Origin: Podarcis erhardii
Lineage: Eukaryota
DNA: 64,000 nt
Assembly: GCA_964252035.1 (NCBI GenBank)
Contig: OZ176211.1
Strand: one strand, 5' to 3'
This document shows positions 47,130-60,200 of this stretch, piece after piece. The position numbers were made by a program, and so were the translations under genes. How positions within the stretch are numbered: the stretch's first letter is position 1; each line of letters opens with the position of its first letter. The notes under the pieces were generated by a model. It saw nothing but the letters and a program-made list of their open reading frames with translations, was not told the DNA's origin and searched no databases.

Positions 47130-48330
47130 GAAAGAGAACAGCATGTTCCTATGCTCTTGTGGCAAACGCAGCTTGTTATGTTTGTTCGGCAGTGTGCTTG
47201 GGGGAATGGGAGATGCCGAGAGAGAGAGAGAGACTCCCATAAAGTAAATTATGAAAGAAGACTTGGGGGGGGGGGCAGAAAGAGAAGCGCGAGCCCGAGC
47301 CCAGCGGCGGAGGAGGTGGTGGTGGTGGGATCCTTTCTCCCTCCGCACGAGAGCCGGGAAGTTCCACACCAGCGCCAGCCGCCTGGGGAAGCGCCTCCTC
47401 GGGCTTAGTCTCCCCTCCCCACCCCCGGCCGCCCCTCCCCGCCCGGAGGCGGCGCGACCGGCAGCCTCGGCTTCCCGAAGCTGGACCAGCCTTGGCACAT
47501 GGAAGGAGCGGCGCCCCGCCGGGGCCTGCTTGCAAGCGCTCGGCCGCGGCTCGCCTTGTTTTCCCGCCTCGGGCTGGGCGCCCTCAGTAGCCCACCCTGA
47601 GGGCAAGAGCAGCAGCAGCCCGCAGCCCGTGCGCCTCTCCTCCGCTTCCTTTGTGTGCGCGCGCGAGTGAGGGCAGCTGAGGCGGCGGCGGCGGCGGCGG
47701 AGGAGGAGGTGGAGCCGCTCTCTCTCCCTCGCCTGTCAAGAGTGAGGCGCTCCGGCGGAGGGAGGGAGGGAGGGAAGGAAGGAGGAAAGGCGAAGGCAGG
47801 GAGCTGGCGGGGCGGCTCCAGAGTCTCTCCTCTCCTCCTCCTCCTCCTCCTCTCCGGCGGAGAGAAAGGAACTGGACGCAGCGCGGGGCCCTTCGCCGGG
47901 CAGCCCGGGCGGCTTCTCCACCGCCTCGCGGAGGCTGAAAGGGGCGCGAGTGGAGCGGCGGCGGCAGCAGCAGCAGCACGTTGTTTGGCTGGGCGGCAAG
48001 GCGAGCCCCGGCGCCAGCAGCAGCAGCAGCAGCGGTAGCGGGTGCTGTTGCTGCTGCTGCTTTGCTCAGCGCGGCTCCGGCACTTTGCAATGGGTCGGGG
48101 GCGGCAGCCGGAGAGCAGCAGCAGCAGCAGCAGCACCTGGGCTAGTCACTAAGGAACCCAAGAGGAAGAGGATGGCCACCTCCAGCAACTCCAGTTTGTC
48201 GGGCTCCTCGGTTTCCTCCGGTAAGTTAAAAAAAAAAAAGAGTGAATTAAATCGCCCCTTACGGCAGGATTTGTCTCCTGATCACCTCCCAGCCTTCCGG
48301 AATGCTGTTTATTTATGTTAGTTAGATGGT
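47130..48330. promoter_or_regulatory. CpG island / CHN2 promoter and 5' leader
   Basis: Very high GC and CpG density, with GGC, GGA, CTC, CAG and CTG triplet tracts directly upstream of the CHN2 ATG. Confidence 0.9.
48172..48220 (+). CDS. CHN2: CHN2 (beta2-chimaerin) first coding exon, MATSSNSSLSGSSVSS + 1 nt
   Basis: Matches the beta2-chimaerin N-terminus (MAASSNSSLSGSSVSSD); 49 nt followed by a GTAAGT donor at 48221; head-to-head synteny with CPVL as known in mammals. No later CHN2 exon was recognised in the window. Confidence 0.92.
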
Positions 48331-50048
48331 CGGACCTGGCTGCGAGGAGGATCTCTTTGGCACCAAGTTATTTTCCTTTCCTTTCTTCCACTTTGCATGC
48401 AAAAGGGCAGGAGGAGTAACAGAAAAGAGCAGGTGAGGTGCGTGCTTTCCTGCATAGATTTGGGGAAAGTGCAGCATCCTAAATCCTTTTTGTCCGTCGA
48501 TGGTTGTATCCCTGGTTTGCAAGAGGTTGCTGAACCCAACCTGACAGTTACGATTCGATCCGTAAATCGTTCGGGGGGGGGGGATGGAAGATGCCAGCGT
48601 TAAACCTCTGATACCTAACACATTCACACCCTGCTCAAGCAGGAAGATGAATAAAATCACGGTGGTGGTCGTATTCGGAGTAGACACCTTGAAATGAATG
48701 GACGTGACTGAAGTCCATTGATTTCAACTTCACTACTTGGAGTTTAACTATTTTGATTAATGCAAGCCATTCTCTCCTCATTGCTCGGAACACCATCAGT
48801 TTCTAAAAATATCTGTGCTTGGCTGAGCAGTTCCTCCCAAGTGTGATTACACCTGTTCAGTTACCAAGTCCTATGGAGCAAGCAGTTGCAACCCACTTTC
48901 ACGTTCTTCTTCATTTTCTGACATAGGTGCATTAGTGTGTGTGATGGTAAGCCTTCCATGCAGGGCTGAGCCAAACTCATAGGTGATGTGTGGCAATTTC
49001 TTGCTTATATTATCTGGGAGGTGAACTAGTAGCGATCAACATGGAAAACAGTGCTTCTCAAATATGGAGGAAGGCAAGTCAAGCTGCATCAAGGTTCTTA
49101 TTATTCCATTCTTTACTGTAACTTCTGAGTTTCGTGAATAGATTTGAGAGTGATGTTATCAAACCAGACAGCTTGTAAATGCCTTTCCCCAAAAGAAAAG
49201 GTGGGCAACCATTCCTATGTTTATTCAGTCCTACTGATTTCAATAGACTTATTCTCTACTAAGAATACGTAGGATTGCAGCTGCATAATGCAATTCCTTA
49301 CTTGGAAAGTAGTCCCATTGCATCCATTGAGTGTGTGCGTTGTAAGTGTGTTTAGGATTGGAGCCTAAATTAAAGGTTTTCTGTTTCTGCTGAATACTCC
49401 CACTGTAAATGTTCAGTAAAGAATTCTGTCACCTTCTTGAAAGCTTTTCTTTTCGTTAATAAAATTAGACAAAAGTGTTTCCTTCATTAAAGCTGTAAAA
49501 ATTAGTGCTAGTAGTAGAAAACTTCAGTGCGTATGCTTATGAGGACTAGAATTGGAATGGTGTTTTTGGCAAGATGAAGCTGTAAGCAGTCATCACCTGA
49601 GAACAGCTTGCTTAAAAACACATTAGTCAGGTTCTCACTGAATGCTGTTTTGTGAAATTAAAAAACCTAGCACTCTAACATGTGATGATGAATCTTGCAC
49701 ATTAAAATTGTGAGATTCACATGGGGAGAGGTAACACATTCTTGAATCAAGAGAAGCTCAAATTTCTGTGGTGAGTCCAAAATACATATTTTTAATATGC
49801 TGAAGTTCATGTTTCACATGAACCAGAACTTCAGAACCTGTATCTTATACTGAAGGTCAGGACTCGAAAAGCTGAAAGCCGGTATCTAATTTTTTATATG
49901 TTTGAACCAAGATAAGGTAGATAGTTTGTATATGATTAAGTTTAGCAGTTATGCGCAATATCCATTCTTTTTCTCAATAACTTTTTAAAAGAACAGAATA
50001 AACAGGATAATCTTACACAGAGTTAGACCAATGGACGCTCATGAGGTA

Positions 50049-50282
50049 CAGTGGTACCTCGGGTTACATACGCTTCAGGTTACAGACGCTTCAGATTACA
50101 GACTCCGCTAACCCAGAAATAGTACCTCGGGTTAAGAACTTTGCTTCAGGATGAGAACAGAAATCGTGTTCCAGCGGCAGCGGGAGGCCCCATTAGCTAA
50201 AGTGGTGCTTCAGGTTAAGAACAGTTTCAGGTTAAGAACGGACCTCTGGAATGAATTAAGTATTTAACCCGAGGTACCACTG
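50049..50282. mobile_element. Tigger-like MITE family 1 (also 24860-25085, 32401-32615, 37609-37815 partial, 57356-57596 variant, 62158-62398 variant)
   Basis: TIRs cagtggtacctcgggtta / taacccgaggtaccactg; TA TSD intact at this copy and at 24860-25085, altered or missing at the others; internal repeated caggttaagaac. Confidence 0.88.
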
Positions 50283-50958
50283 TACTTCAGCATTTCCTAT
50301 GTTGACTAAACCTGGTCCAGTTCATGTGGTATACTCTTTCCACTAATCCTACATTACTCAGAAGGCTTCCTTATGTGCCTGTATATCAAAAGACAGATTA
50401 AGATAATTCACAGTAAAATGAGGGAAATGGGTAATGCTGTGGAACTGGAAAAAAAGAAGCACTCAGGTCTCCTCCAGATGACCTATTTAGTCAGCATTCT
50501 TCCTGTTTTGCTCGAACAAAGCTTACATGGTAGTTAGATTATGTCTGGTCTTTATTGAGCATTGCTTCCAATTTGTTTAGGGTGCAGTTATTTGACAATG
50601 AGCATGCATCCTGACTAGCTGGTGGGGCAAGAATGGGGGAAGTTGGACACCTCCATGTTAATAATCCATTCATTCCTCACTTTTCAGTGCAGTTCTTCAT
50701 CACTTTTGTAACTGCAATAATTCTTTTCTTTTTTAAAAAGTGGATTTGTTGCCCTAGGGTTACAGAGCACTATTTGCATATACCTACATTTCCGCTGAGT
50801 GCCTGCAGGATAGTAGAGCATGAGAGGCTTAATATCAGGGTTGTGGGTTCGAGTCCCATATTGGGCAAAAAGATTTCTTCAATCTAGGCAGTTGGACTAG
50901 ATGACCCTGGTGGTCCCTTCCAACTCTCTAATTCAATGATTCTATGCATGTGAATCGA

Positions 50959-51320
50959 GGGATGCGGGTGGCACTGTGGGTTAAACCACAGAGCCTAGGA
51001 CTTGCCGATCAGAAGGTTGGCGGTTCGAATCCCCGCGATGGGGTGAGCTCCCATTGCTTGGTCCCTGCTCCTGCCAACCTAGCAGTTCGAAAGCACGTCA
51101 AAGTGCAAGTAGATAAATAGGTACCGCTCTGGCGGGAAGGTAAATGGCGTTTCCGTGCGCTGCTCTGGTTTGCCAGAATCGGCTTAGTCATGCTGCCCAC
51201 ATGACCCGGAAGCTGTACGCCGGCTCCCTCGGCCAATAAAGCGAGATGAGCGCCGCAACCCCAGAGTCGGCTACGACTGGACCTAATGGTCAGGGGTCCC
51301 TTTACCTTTACCTTTACCTT
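50959..51320 (+). mobile_element. Full-length Sauria-type SINE
   Basis: (ACCTTT)n tail; TSD tatgcatgtgaatc at 50943-50956 and 51321-51334. Confidence 0.93.
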
Positions 51321-54300
51321 TATGCATGTGAATCACCACAAAAGAGTAGCCATCTGGAGGCATACTGAGTACCATACATATTCAGCTTGGAAGCTGGAAG
51401 AGGTGGGGCAAGGAACTTATGGTGGCTATGAGTCGTCGTGAAACAGCATGGGATAAGATGCGTTGAGAGAAATCAAATCTTTGGGGCATTTTTGAAAAAA
51501 AAAATCTTGGCATCTTTATGATGTTTAAATTAAAATGCTTCTATGGTTTATATAGTACCATAGGGCTCAAGGACTGGTGTAATTATATCATGCTCTGGCA
51601 TATGAAGGATTAACTAAGTGTTCAAGAGCTTAATGTCACGAGACATTCTTATTCCCATTTGTAAATATTTTAAATATTCCCCCTGCATTTCTGCTCTTAA
51701 ATGCAACGCATTTGTATTCCTCGCTATGCCTCAGTTTTAAGCTCTGTGTTGTTTCATGTCTGATGGGGTGTTATTCCTCATTTTAGAGTGTATCTTTACT
51801 CAAACAGAAGTACGTCCAATAAAAGATGTAACCACCATATCTGTTTCATATACTTTTCAGTAAAAATGTCAGTATTTTTTCCCTTAAGTGATGTTTCCAG
51901 TATATGTGGGTCCAGCGCATTTGACTTCATGCAGCTGCATTTTGGCTGTCTGTGGTTTTTATTTCTCAGAACTCAGCAAGTTTCTGAGCATTTTCTAATA
52001 GCATCTAACTACATAGTCCAGTTTTTAAAAATGAACAGCCAGAGCATAGTTGGGTTTAAGAAGAATAATTTTGCAGATTATATATAATTATTTCTTCTCA
52101 TTTGACTTTCCATCATAAGACGTTCTGCTTCTTGCAAAGGACACATTTTCTATGGACAAAGTACAGAATCAATATAAAATACGACTGTTACTGTTCTTAC
52201 TACTGCTTTGATAGATGGGGGTCATTCATGTGCCATTCAGGGAGCGTTGATTTAAGAAGCAGTAGGAGAACTAGGGTAAAAAATTGGCACAACAACTCCC
52301 CCCAAAAGCTGCAAACTGTGCCTCAAAGATCAAGCCATATATTTATAACTGAAATAAAATGAAATAATATAGTGGATTCTTTTTGGTTCAGAATAATTAG
52401 GTATGCTTTCTGAATGGTAGGTAAAAAGCAGGTTGCACCTACCAAATTGTATGGTAGGTGAAAAACAGAGTACCCAGGGCAGCAGACCAGACAGAATGGC
52501 ATTCATGCAGTTTCTCTTTGACTTTGTGCTGGCAGTCGAATGCAGATTGGGCAATTGAAATTGATGTGGAGTTTTTGTGCAACAAACCTGCTTCTCAGAA
52601 TTACTGGACTATTTGCGATAGGGAATGTGATGGGAAAATGTACACTAAAGTGTGGAATAACAGTCGCATCGTGTTACCTTGTCTAACCTCACTGCAAACA
52701 AATCGGGATGAACGTTCAATAGGTTGTCTGGAGGTGACCCTCTTTGCTGAAATGAGCAACCAGGACTGGCCTGGAAGCTTTTAGAAATATTAGGCAACTG
52801 CTCAATCTTGCCTAAAGAGATCAGCTGGCACAACTGGTCTCTGAAATGCCCTAGTTTCTTCACATACCTATTTCACATTCCTCAGGATATCAGTTCAACA
52901 CTTGGTGTGGGCAAGCTTGGGTAGTTTTGCCCTTTGGGTGCTTGCCAGAGCACAATTACAACTAGTCCTAGGCAAAAAGTGGCAAATTACAAGGCAGGAT
53001 TCTTTAATTCTGAGCGAGCTTAATTAAAAACTTGTTTGGAATGTATAAGACATAACAGACACAAAGGTAATCTACACCTGCATACTTTTATTACCTACTC
53101 TTATAATTCCAAATGCCATTTTAATCACACCTAAACACTTTCCAAATTATTGTTGAGAGGGCAGAAACCGCTCAGGAATGGAGGCATTCATGCTGTCACC
53201 TATCTATCAGTTATCATTTTGATTCTCCTTTTTGTAATTCCAAAAGGCATGAAATTATTCTGTCTTCCACTTGACGTATTTATAGCTAGCATGCATTGCA
53301 TAGCTGAAAGGCCTGAGCAATCAGGTGAAAAATTGTGTGCTACTAGATATGGTTTGGGTTAGGAATTTTTGCTCTGGTAGCTGTGCTAGAAGCGGTTCAG
53401 TATTTTGCCTGATCCTGTGACCTGCTGCACAGGAACAGTGGCTTGTGCAGATGTTCCAGCTTCAGTGTAAAGGCACAACCCCGGCCCCTTTCACTGACGG
53501 TAGGAACACATCCCATGCCTTCCCACTTGCCCAATACTAAAATTGGGATGCTCACCTTTCAAGGCTGTGCTCCTGCGTGGGTCATGTGACTTGCATGAGA
53601 GCACAGCCCCCAAAATGGGCTGTCCCACTTAAATCGGGACAGTTGGGGGGGGTATGATGCATGTAGAGAAAAATTGTAAAAAAAAAAGAAGTTTCATTTT
53701 AAGGTCTAAATAGATAAAGAAAGATACACACATACATGCATTTCTTGGGACTAATAACTTTTGTGATAAATTTGCAAGACTAAGGACATTTTTCACGGCA
53801 TGTGACATGAGCTGGGAATCACTGTGTTTTTACATGAGTTGAATGTGTCCTTTTATTTAAAATGCATCTCTGGGTTATTTGTGGGGCGTAGGAATTTGTT
53901 CATATTTTTTTCCCAAAATATAGTCCGGCCCCCCACAACGTCTGAGGGACAGTGGACCGGCCCCCTGCTGAAAAAGTTTGCTGATCCCTTAACACATGCC
54001 ATGATTTTTCAGCTAAACTTTGATGGCTAGAGTGAAAGACCAGGCTCAAGCGAAGCTATATTACACCTGAACTTTTAAGGATTTAGTCGGGACATTACAT
54101 GCATGTTTAAGAACAAGGATGTTTTGGTGCCGTGTGATATCTCTAGAGCCATCTGTGTGCTCCAGGTCCCCAAAAACCCTCATCTGTATGAGAAGGTTAA
54201 ATGGGTCTTCCCATTTTAGATAAGCTAATACACAAGCTGCGCATGAAAGTAGCATGTGAAAATAAAGGAATAAAAGTATTATCTGAACTGTACCTGGTAT

Positions 54301-55722
54301 ATAGGTCTTTCCCCTGTTATGAGGTGCTGTTTGTGGTGGTGGTGGGAAGCCGAATTTGAAATGGTGTTTAAGGTCTGCCTGTGGAAAAGTGAAGGGTGAG
54401 ACCCCTGGAAGGGTGGCCACAGTTATGAACCTCTGTTTGTTACAACCTGTTGTCAGGATCCCCAGTGGTGAGCTGGGATTAGTTACTGAGAAAGAACCTT
54501 CCCCCTTACAGGGTAGTATACCAGGAAGTTCCCTTAAGTCTCTAACAGCAGTATACATGCACTTATCTTATTCTTAATAAAACTTTATATTCTGCAAAGC
54601 TTCTTGAAGTTAAGAATCTACAGATCTTCTTGATGTTAGGATGCCACAAACTATGCAGGCAGAGTTCCTGCTCTAATAATTATTGTGCTTTCTGAAGCAA
54701 ATAGGCTTGGGTAGGCTTCCTCAACCTTGGCCCTCCAGATGTTTTTGGCCTACAACTCCCATGATCCCTAGCTAGCAGGACCAGTGGTCAGGGATGATGG
54801 GGATTGTAGTCTTAAAAACATCTGGAGGGCCAAAGGTTGAGGAAGCTTGGGCTTGGGCAATCCCACTATGCTGATTAGGAAGTAATATCAGTCTAGTAAG
54901 TGTCCTTGAGAGGCTGGCTTGTGTCTTGGGCAATAGGGGTTTCAGTTGGCTAATGTGCTTAAGGGAAGGAACAATATATTAATGGCAGAAGTTGTAGTTT
55001 GGGTGCAGAAGGCCCCAGATTCAGTTGCTGTTATTTCCAGTTCAAAGGAACAGGTAGAATGCGATTTGGAAAGCCTGCTGTTGGAAATCCTGGAGAACCA
55101 CTGGCAGAGTAGGCTAGATCAGGATTCCCCAACCTGGTGCCCTCCAGATGTTTTGGACTCCAACTTGCATCGTCTCTGACCATTGGCAGGGCTAGCTGGG
55201 GCTGATGAGACTTGGAGTCCAACATCAGCTGCAGAGCACTAAGCTGGAGAAGGCTGGCATATGTGCAGGTTGGTTTTCAGCAGGATTTGAGTACCAAATG
55301 GGTCATTCCTAATTCAAAAGTTCTTCATCTGTTCCCCTCTTGGGCTGTTATGGAGAGCTTCTACAGAATTTTGAATTCAGCTGGGTGGTAGCAGTGGAAA
55401 TATGGGAAATTCCTTGGGCAAAATAAAAGAATACTCTGTTTACATAATACATAGAAACTAAGGGTTTCGTTTCTGGAAGTCAAATTGGCTTTTCCAAGAA
55501 AAACGTGATTGAATAGTTCTTTCCCCAAAACTACTTTGCCTTCTGCGGTGGGTGCCAAACTCTAGTGGTTACTTAGCTTTTCTTTTTAGAAATCTTTCTA
55601 TGTTACATAAAATGAAACAACTTGTAAGAATAAATACTACCCTTGATTTTAGCCAAAAGACCGATGAAGTAATGAAACAAGGTAACTTAAAACATAGGTC
55701 AGATATTGTGATAGATCTAAAT

Positions 55723-56244
55723 CATAGCTGTCAACTGTCCCTTATTTGGCGGGAAAGTCCCTTATCCCAGCACCATGTCCCACTTTCCCTTATTGATGAT
55801 GCCCCTTAAATTTCCAGGGTTTCAAAGGAAGCAGCTCCTCTCCCTCCCTCCCTCCCTGCCGGCCAGGGAGGAGGCAGGCTCCAACTGTGTTGCTTGGCTG
55901 CGTTGCTCACCCAATAAGGAGTCTAAGAACGATTGGGGGGTGGCGCTTGCACGCCTTGCGCCATCAAATCGGCCGTGTTGCCTGGGGACTCGCCTTTGCT
56001 CAGCACTTCCCAGCGGAGAGGTGACGGTAGTTTTCCTTTCTGCATCCCCTTTGCCGGGTTGCTGCGCTATGGGAACCACCGCTTGAGGCTTCGTTCGGTT
56101 GCTGGCTGGGCTTTCTGCCTTTGGCTCGGAGGGGCTCAGAAGTCGAACATACCTGTGCTCTGAAAATCCCTTATTTTGGCTGCTGATCCCTTATTTCCGT
56201 GGCTGCTGGTCCCTTATTTTCCAATCTGTAAGTTGACAGCTATG
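55723..56244. mobile_element. hAT-like MITE with GC/CpG-rich internal segment
   Basis: TIR catagctgtcaac / gttgacagctatg; perfect 8-bp TSD atctaaat at 55715-55722 and 56245-56252; subterminal cccttatt repeats. Confidence 0.87.
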
Positions 56245-56917
56245 ATCTAAATATGTGTAGCTCAGGAAAATGTATTTGTAGGGCAATGCAATTCATTACT
56301 ATTTTTCAAAATATAGTACGGCCACCCACAAGGTCTCAGGAACAGTGGACTGGCCCCCTGATGAATAAGTTTGCTGACCCATGGCTCCTTATATCCATTT
56401 CCAGAGATTTCTGAAAAAACATTTCAATTCACAATGTTAGAAAAAAGCTTCAACATAAGAGAAATACAAGTTCAGCCTGCAGAGGTGAAAAGTGGTTTTG
56501 GAATTGTCTTTTAGAGAAAATGTGGAATTCCTCTACCCACAATATAATTGCTTTTTCAAGAATTTATTCCCTTCAAGTACATCTACACTGTGTATTCTGC
56601 TGAAAAAACTGTAGCAAACAAACCATACCAAAGAATACCTATAATTCTTTAAAATCACATCAGTCATCATTTTAGAACCTAATGAAACAATGGCAACATA
56701 ACAGAGAAAAGGTGATTGCGCTGAAATGGAAGTTTTCATCGGTGCTTCATTTACCAACACACAAACACATATATGCATGATCTGGCTGTAGTATAAAACT
56801 ATCTTAACACTGTAGTTCTCTGCATGCAGTATCTGTAGGTACCAAACGTGTGATGGGGCTTTCAAGCACATGCAGCTAGCCTCACTCCGAAGATGCCAAT
56901 ATAGAGGGGCTTATATA

Positions 56918-57232
56918 GGGTTAAACCACAGAGCCTAGGACTTGCCAATCAGAAGGTTGGCGGTTTGAATCCCTGCAACTGGGTGAGCTCCCTTTGCTCG
57001 GTCCCTGCTCCTGCCAACCTAGCAGTTCGAAAGCACGTCAAGTGCAAGTAGATAAATAGGTACCGCTTCGGCGGGAAGGTAAACAGTGTTTACGTGTGCT
57101 GCTCTGGTTCGCCAGAAGCAGCTTAGTCATGCTGGCCACATGACCCGGAAGCTGTATGCCGGCTTCCGCAACCCCAGAGTTGGCCACAACTGGACCTAAT
57201 GGTCAGGGGTCCCTTTACCTTTACCTTTACCT
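56918..57232 (+). mobile_element. Sauria-type SINE, slightly 5'-truncated with an internal deletion
   Basis: Family sequence with (ACCTTT)n tail; TSD ttatata at 56911-56917 and 57233-57239. Confidence 0.9.
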
Positions 57233-60200
57233 TTATATACAGACACATGTGCACACATAGGGCTCCCTCCATGGGGACAGGAACCCTGCGAAGGGTTTGT
57301 GTGTAGGACCATTCCAGACTGGGCCAGCTGGCAAAAAGAAGGGTTTTTTCTTTGTCAGTGGTACCTCGGTTTAAGAACAGTCCGGTTTAAGAACAATTTG
57401 GTTTACAAACTCTGCAAAACCGGAAATAGTGTCCCGGTTTGAGAACTTTACCTCTATTTAAGAACGGAATCCGAATGGTGGAAGGGCACCGGCGGTGGTA
57501 GGCCTCATTAGGGAAAGCACGCCTCAGTTTAAGAACAGTTTCAGTTTAAGAACGGACTTCCGGAATGGATTAAGTTCATAAACTGAGGTACCACTGTGTA
57601 ACAATAGTGCTGTTCCACAGAGCTCCACTTCTCTGCACCATTAGGGTTGCTGTTCAAAGGAAAGAACAACAGGGAGTTTTAAACTAGAACACAGGCCTGG
57701 AAAACCTCCCAGATTTGCTGAGGGCAACTTGTTACTCAGGAAAGTCAATTCTCCCTCTGCATGCTTCCCAAATTGCTCTCATTTCAAATCGTTTTGCAAA
57801 TTGTATATAAGAATCCACAGATATGGTATATACCAGGGGTGGCCAACTCCCAAGAGACTGCGATCTACTCACAGAGTTAAAAACTGGCAGTGATCTACCC
57901 CCTTTTTGGGGGTGTAGGACAAAAGTGCTGAGCTTTTTTTAGGGGAGCCAAAGTTATTATCACGATCTACCTGTTGGACGTGCCTCGTACAATATAAATT
58001 TCCTTGGAAACTTACCAATTTGGGATTTGGTGCATTTTGTTTAGTGACACGATGCCTAGTTATTCCATGGTAATTTGGGGTCTGCTTTTTTGTGCTTTTA
58101 GTTCCCAATACTGTATTGCAGTTTGAAAGCTAATTCCTTAATACCATCAAAGCTTATTAGAAACAAAGACTATGTAAATATTATGTATTCGTATTAGTAA
58201 ATTAATCTTAATTAAATTAAATCCACTCAAGCACTGTGGTTTGCTGAGCAGCCAAATGAAACTAGCTGTTTAGACAAAAGTAACAAATTTCCTCATAAAG
58301 GTTCCTGCTGCAGTCAACAGTAGCCAAGGACATAGCTCTAAGCAGGTCTCTGAAAAGTTTTGTGTTTACAGTAAATGGTAAAATCCATTGGGGGGTTGTT
58401 AATGCTCAAGATATATCAATAATTACTTTACAAGCACAATCTTTCACAAAACCACAGGCTTGGAGAAAGTGGGGGGGGGGGGAGAGACAGTCTGTTAAGT
58501 GGAAACATACAAATAACCCAGAGATGCATTTTAAATAAAAGGACACATTCTACTCATGTAAAAACACGCTAATTTTTGCACCGTCCACGGGCTGGATTTA
58601 GAAGACCATTGGGCCAGATCCAGCCCCCGGGCCTTAGTTTGCATACCTATGAGCCAACCTATATAGGAGTAGCAAAAATGCTTGCCTTTAAATAATTTAT
58701 TTGTTATTACTTGTCAAGATAGGATAGTACTTTTTAATTACAGTACTGACAATTTGGTTTCTATATAAATTTCATAGCTCCATTATCTTGCTACCTTAAT
58801 TTTTAAAAATCTATTTCACACTTTGAACTTCAATATTTCTCATGCTTTAGTTTAACTAGGCTTTGTGGTATATCACCCTAAGCACTGGTTTGTTAATGTA
58901 GCTACCCAGTTAACAGTAAACATTCGTTACTTCTAAATGAGTATAACTGGGATCCTTGAATCAGTCCAGTTGGATTCCTTGACTCTACTAATCCATGTAT
59001 ATTTTTTAATTCTACAACTCAGCCACTGAGAAACAGCCTGAGAAATGGAAAGTACAACTCACTTTAATAAATGTCAGCTTAAGAAAGGAAATCATTTTTC
59101 AAAAATATGTTGGTTTTATTTAATGCCACAATAAGGAGAGCACAACATATAATATTTTGGAGTGCATTTTCAGAGTAAATAGGTTGCCAGGCAATCATAT
59201 CAGATGGTGTTAGGGTTCAGTAGCAATTGAATGTGTGTGACGTTGGAGGGGGGAAGGTCATGTGTCTAAAATGCATGGTGTCAGTATGTTACAGGAGATG
59301 GTTTGCATGCTGAGAGACCTTGTCCTGATGCTGTCAAAACTTGGAGAAGAAACACTAGGCTCTAAATACTAAGAAAATGATGAGATTGTACAGTATATAA
59401 GTTAACACCGTCCTTTAATAAGGCATCCTTTTTATTTTTGTTTCATCCGTTTTACCATATAAAATACACTGTGCCGCTAGGACAAGATGGCAGCTCTTAA
59501 ATTGAAATTGTTTTCTTTCTGTGGTGATTATAATAATAAAAAAAAGCTATTTGTACTTTACACTTCTCAAGGCATTTGCATATATGCAAAAAAGTGGTGG
59601 GAGTCAGGTCCACTCTAGTTTTAAGGTGGCAAGGTGAAAAGGAGGACACAATTGCTACACTTTTAATACTTTGGAAGAAGAGAGAATTTCAGACGGTGTT
59701 GCTTGTTATGTGAGCTACACCGGCTGCAGTTTTCTTTCTTTCTACACAGCTGTTAAAAGTACAGGACAGGAGATCTGACCTCTTTTTTTATCAGGCATTC
59801 GAGCTGGAATTGTCCCAGGTGAGGAGCATGTGGAAGTCAAGATTTATTTATCTCAAGTTGTATTTTTCTAAACATGTTCCCTAGTTTTATACTGTAGTGT
59901 GTATATATGGGAACACAGTTCTCAACCATCACTACAATGGGCATTGCTTTCAGGTGGTTATGGTTGTATCAGTGGCTCTTACATGTGTTTACTCATTGTA
60001 CTGAACACAATTTTTAATAGATCCTCAGGGACAGATGGGTGCACGTAGAAAAAAATTGCACCCACTTTGGTGATTTTCAGTGCAATTTACTTCCAGATTA
60101 GTGTATTTAAGACCCCAGAATCCAGACTGTTTTTCTTCTATGATAAATGAGAAAGCATCTATATTAGTACCTACTGGTTATTCAGACATTTGGTGGTGTC

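Noticed and set aside
47004-48136. Several long overlapping ORFs (119-243 aa) on both strands in the CpG island
   Set aside because: Low-complexity Ala/Arg/Pro/Gly translations of triplet repeats in stop-poor GC-rich DNA; no recognisable domain.
54061-54621. 165-aa minus-strand ORF and LTR-like composition
   Set aside because: No protein motif recognised and no consistent TG...CA boundaries with a TSD.
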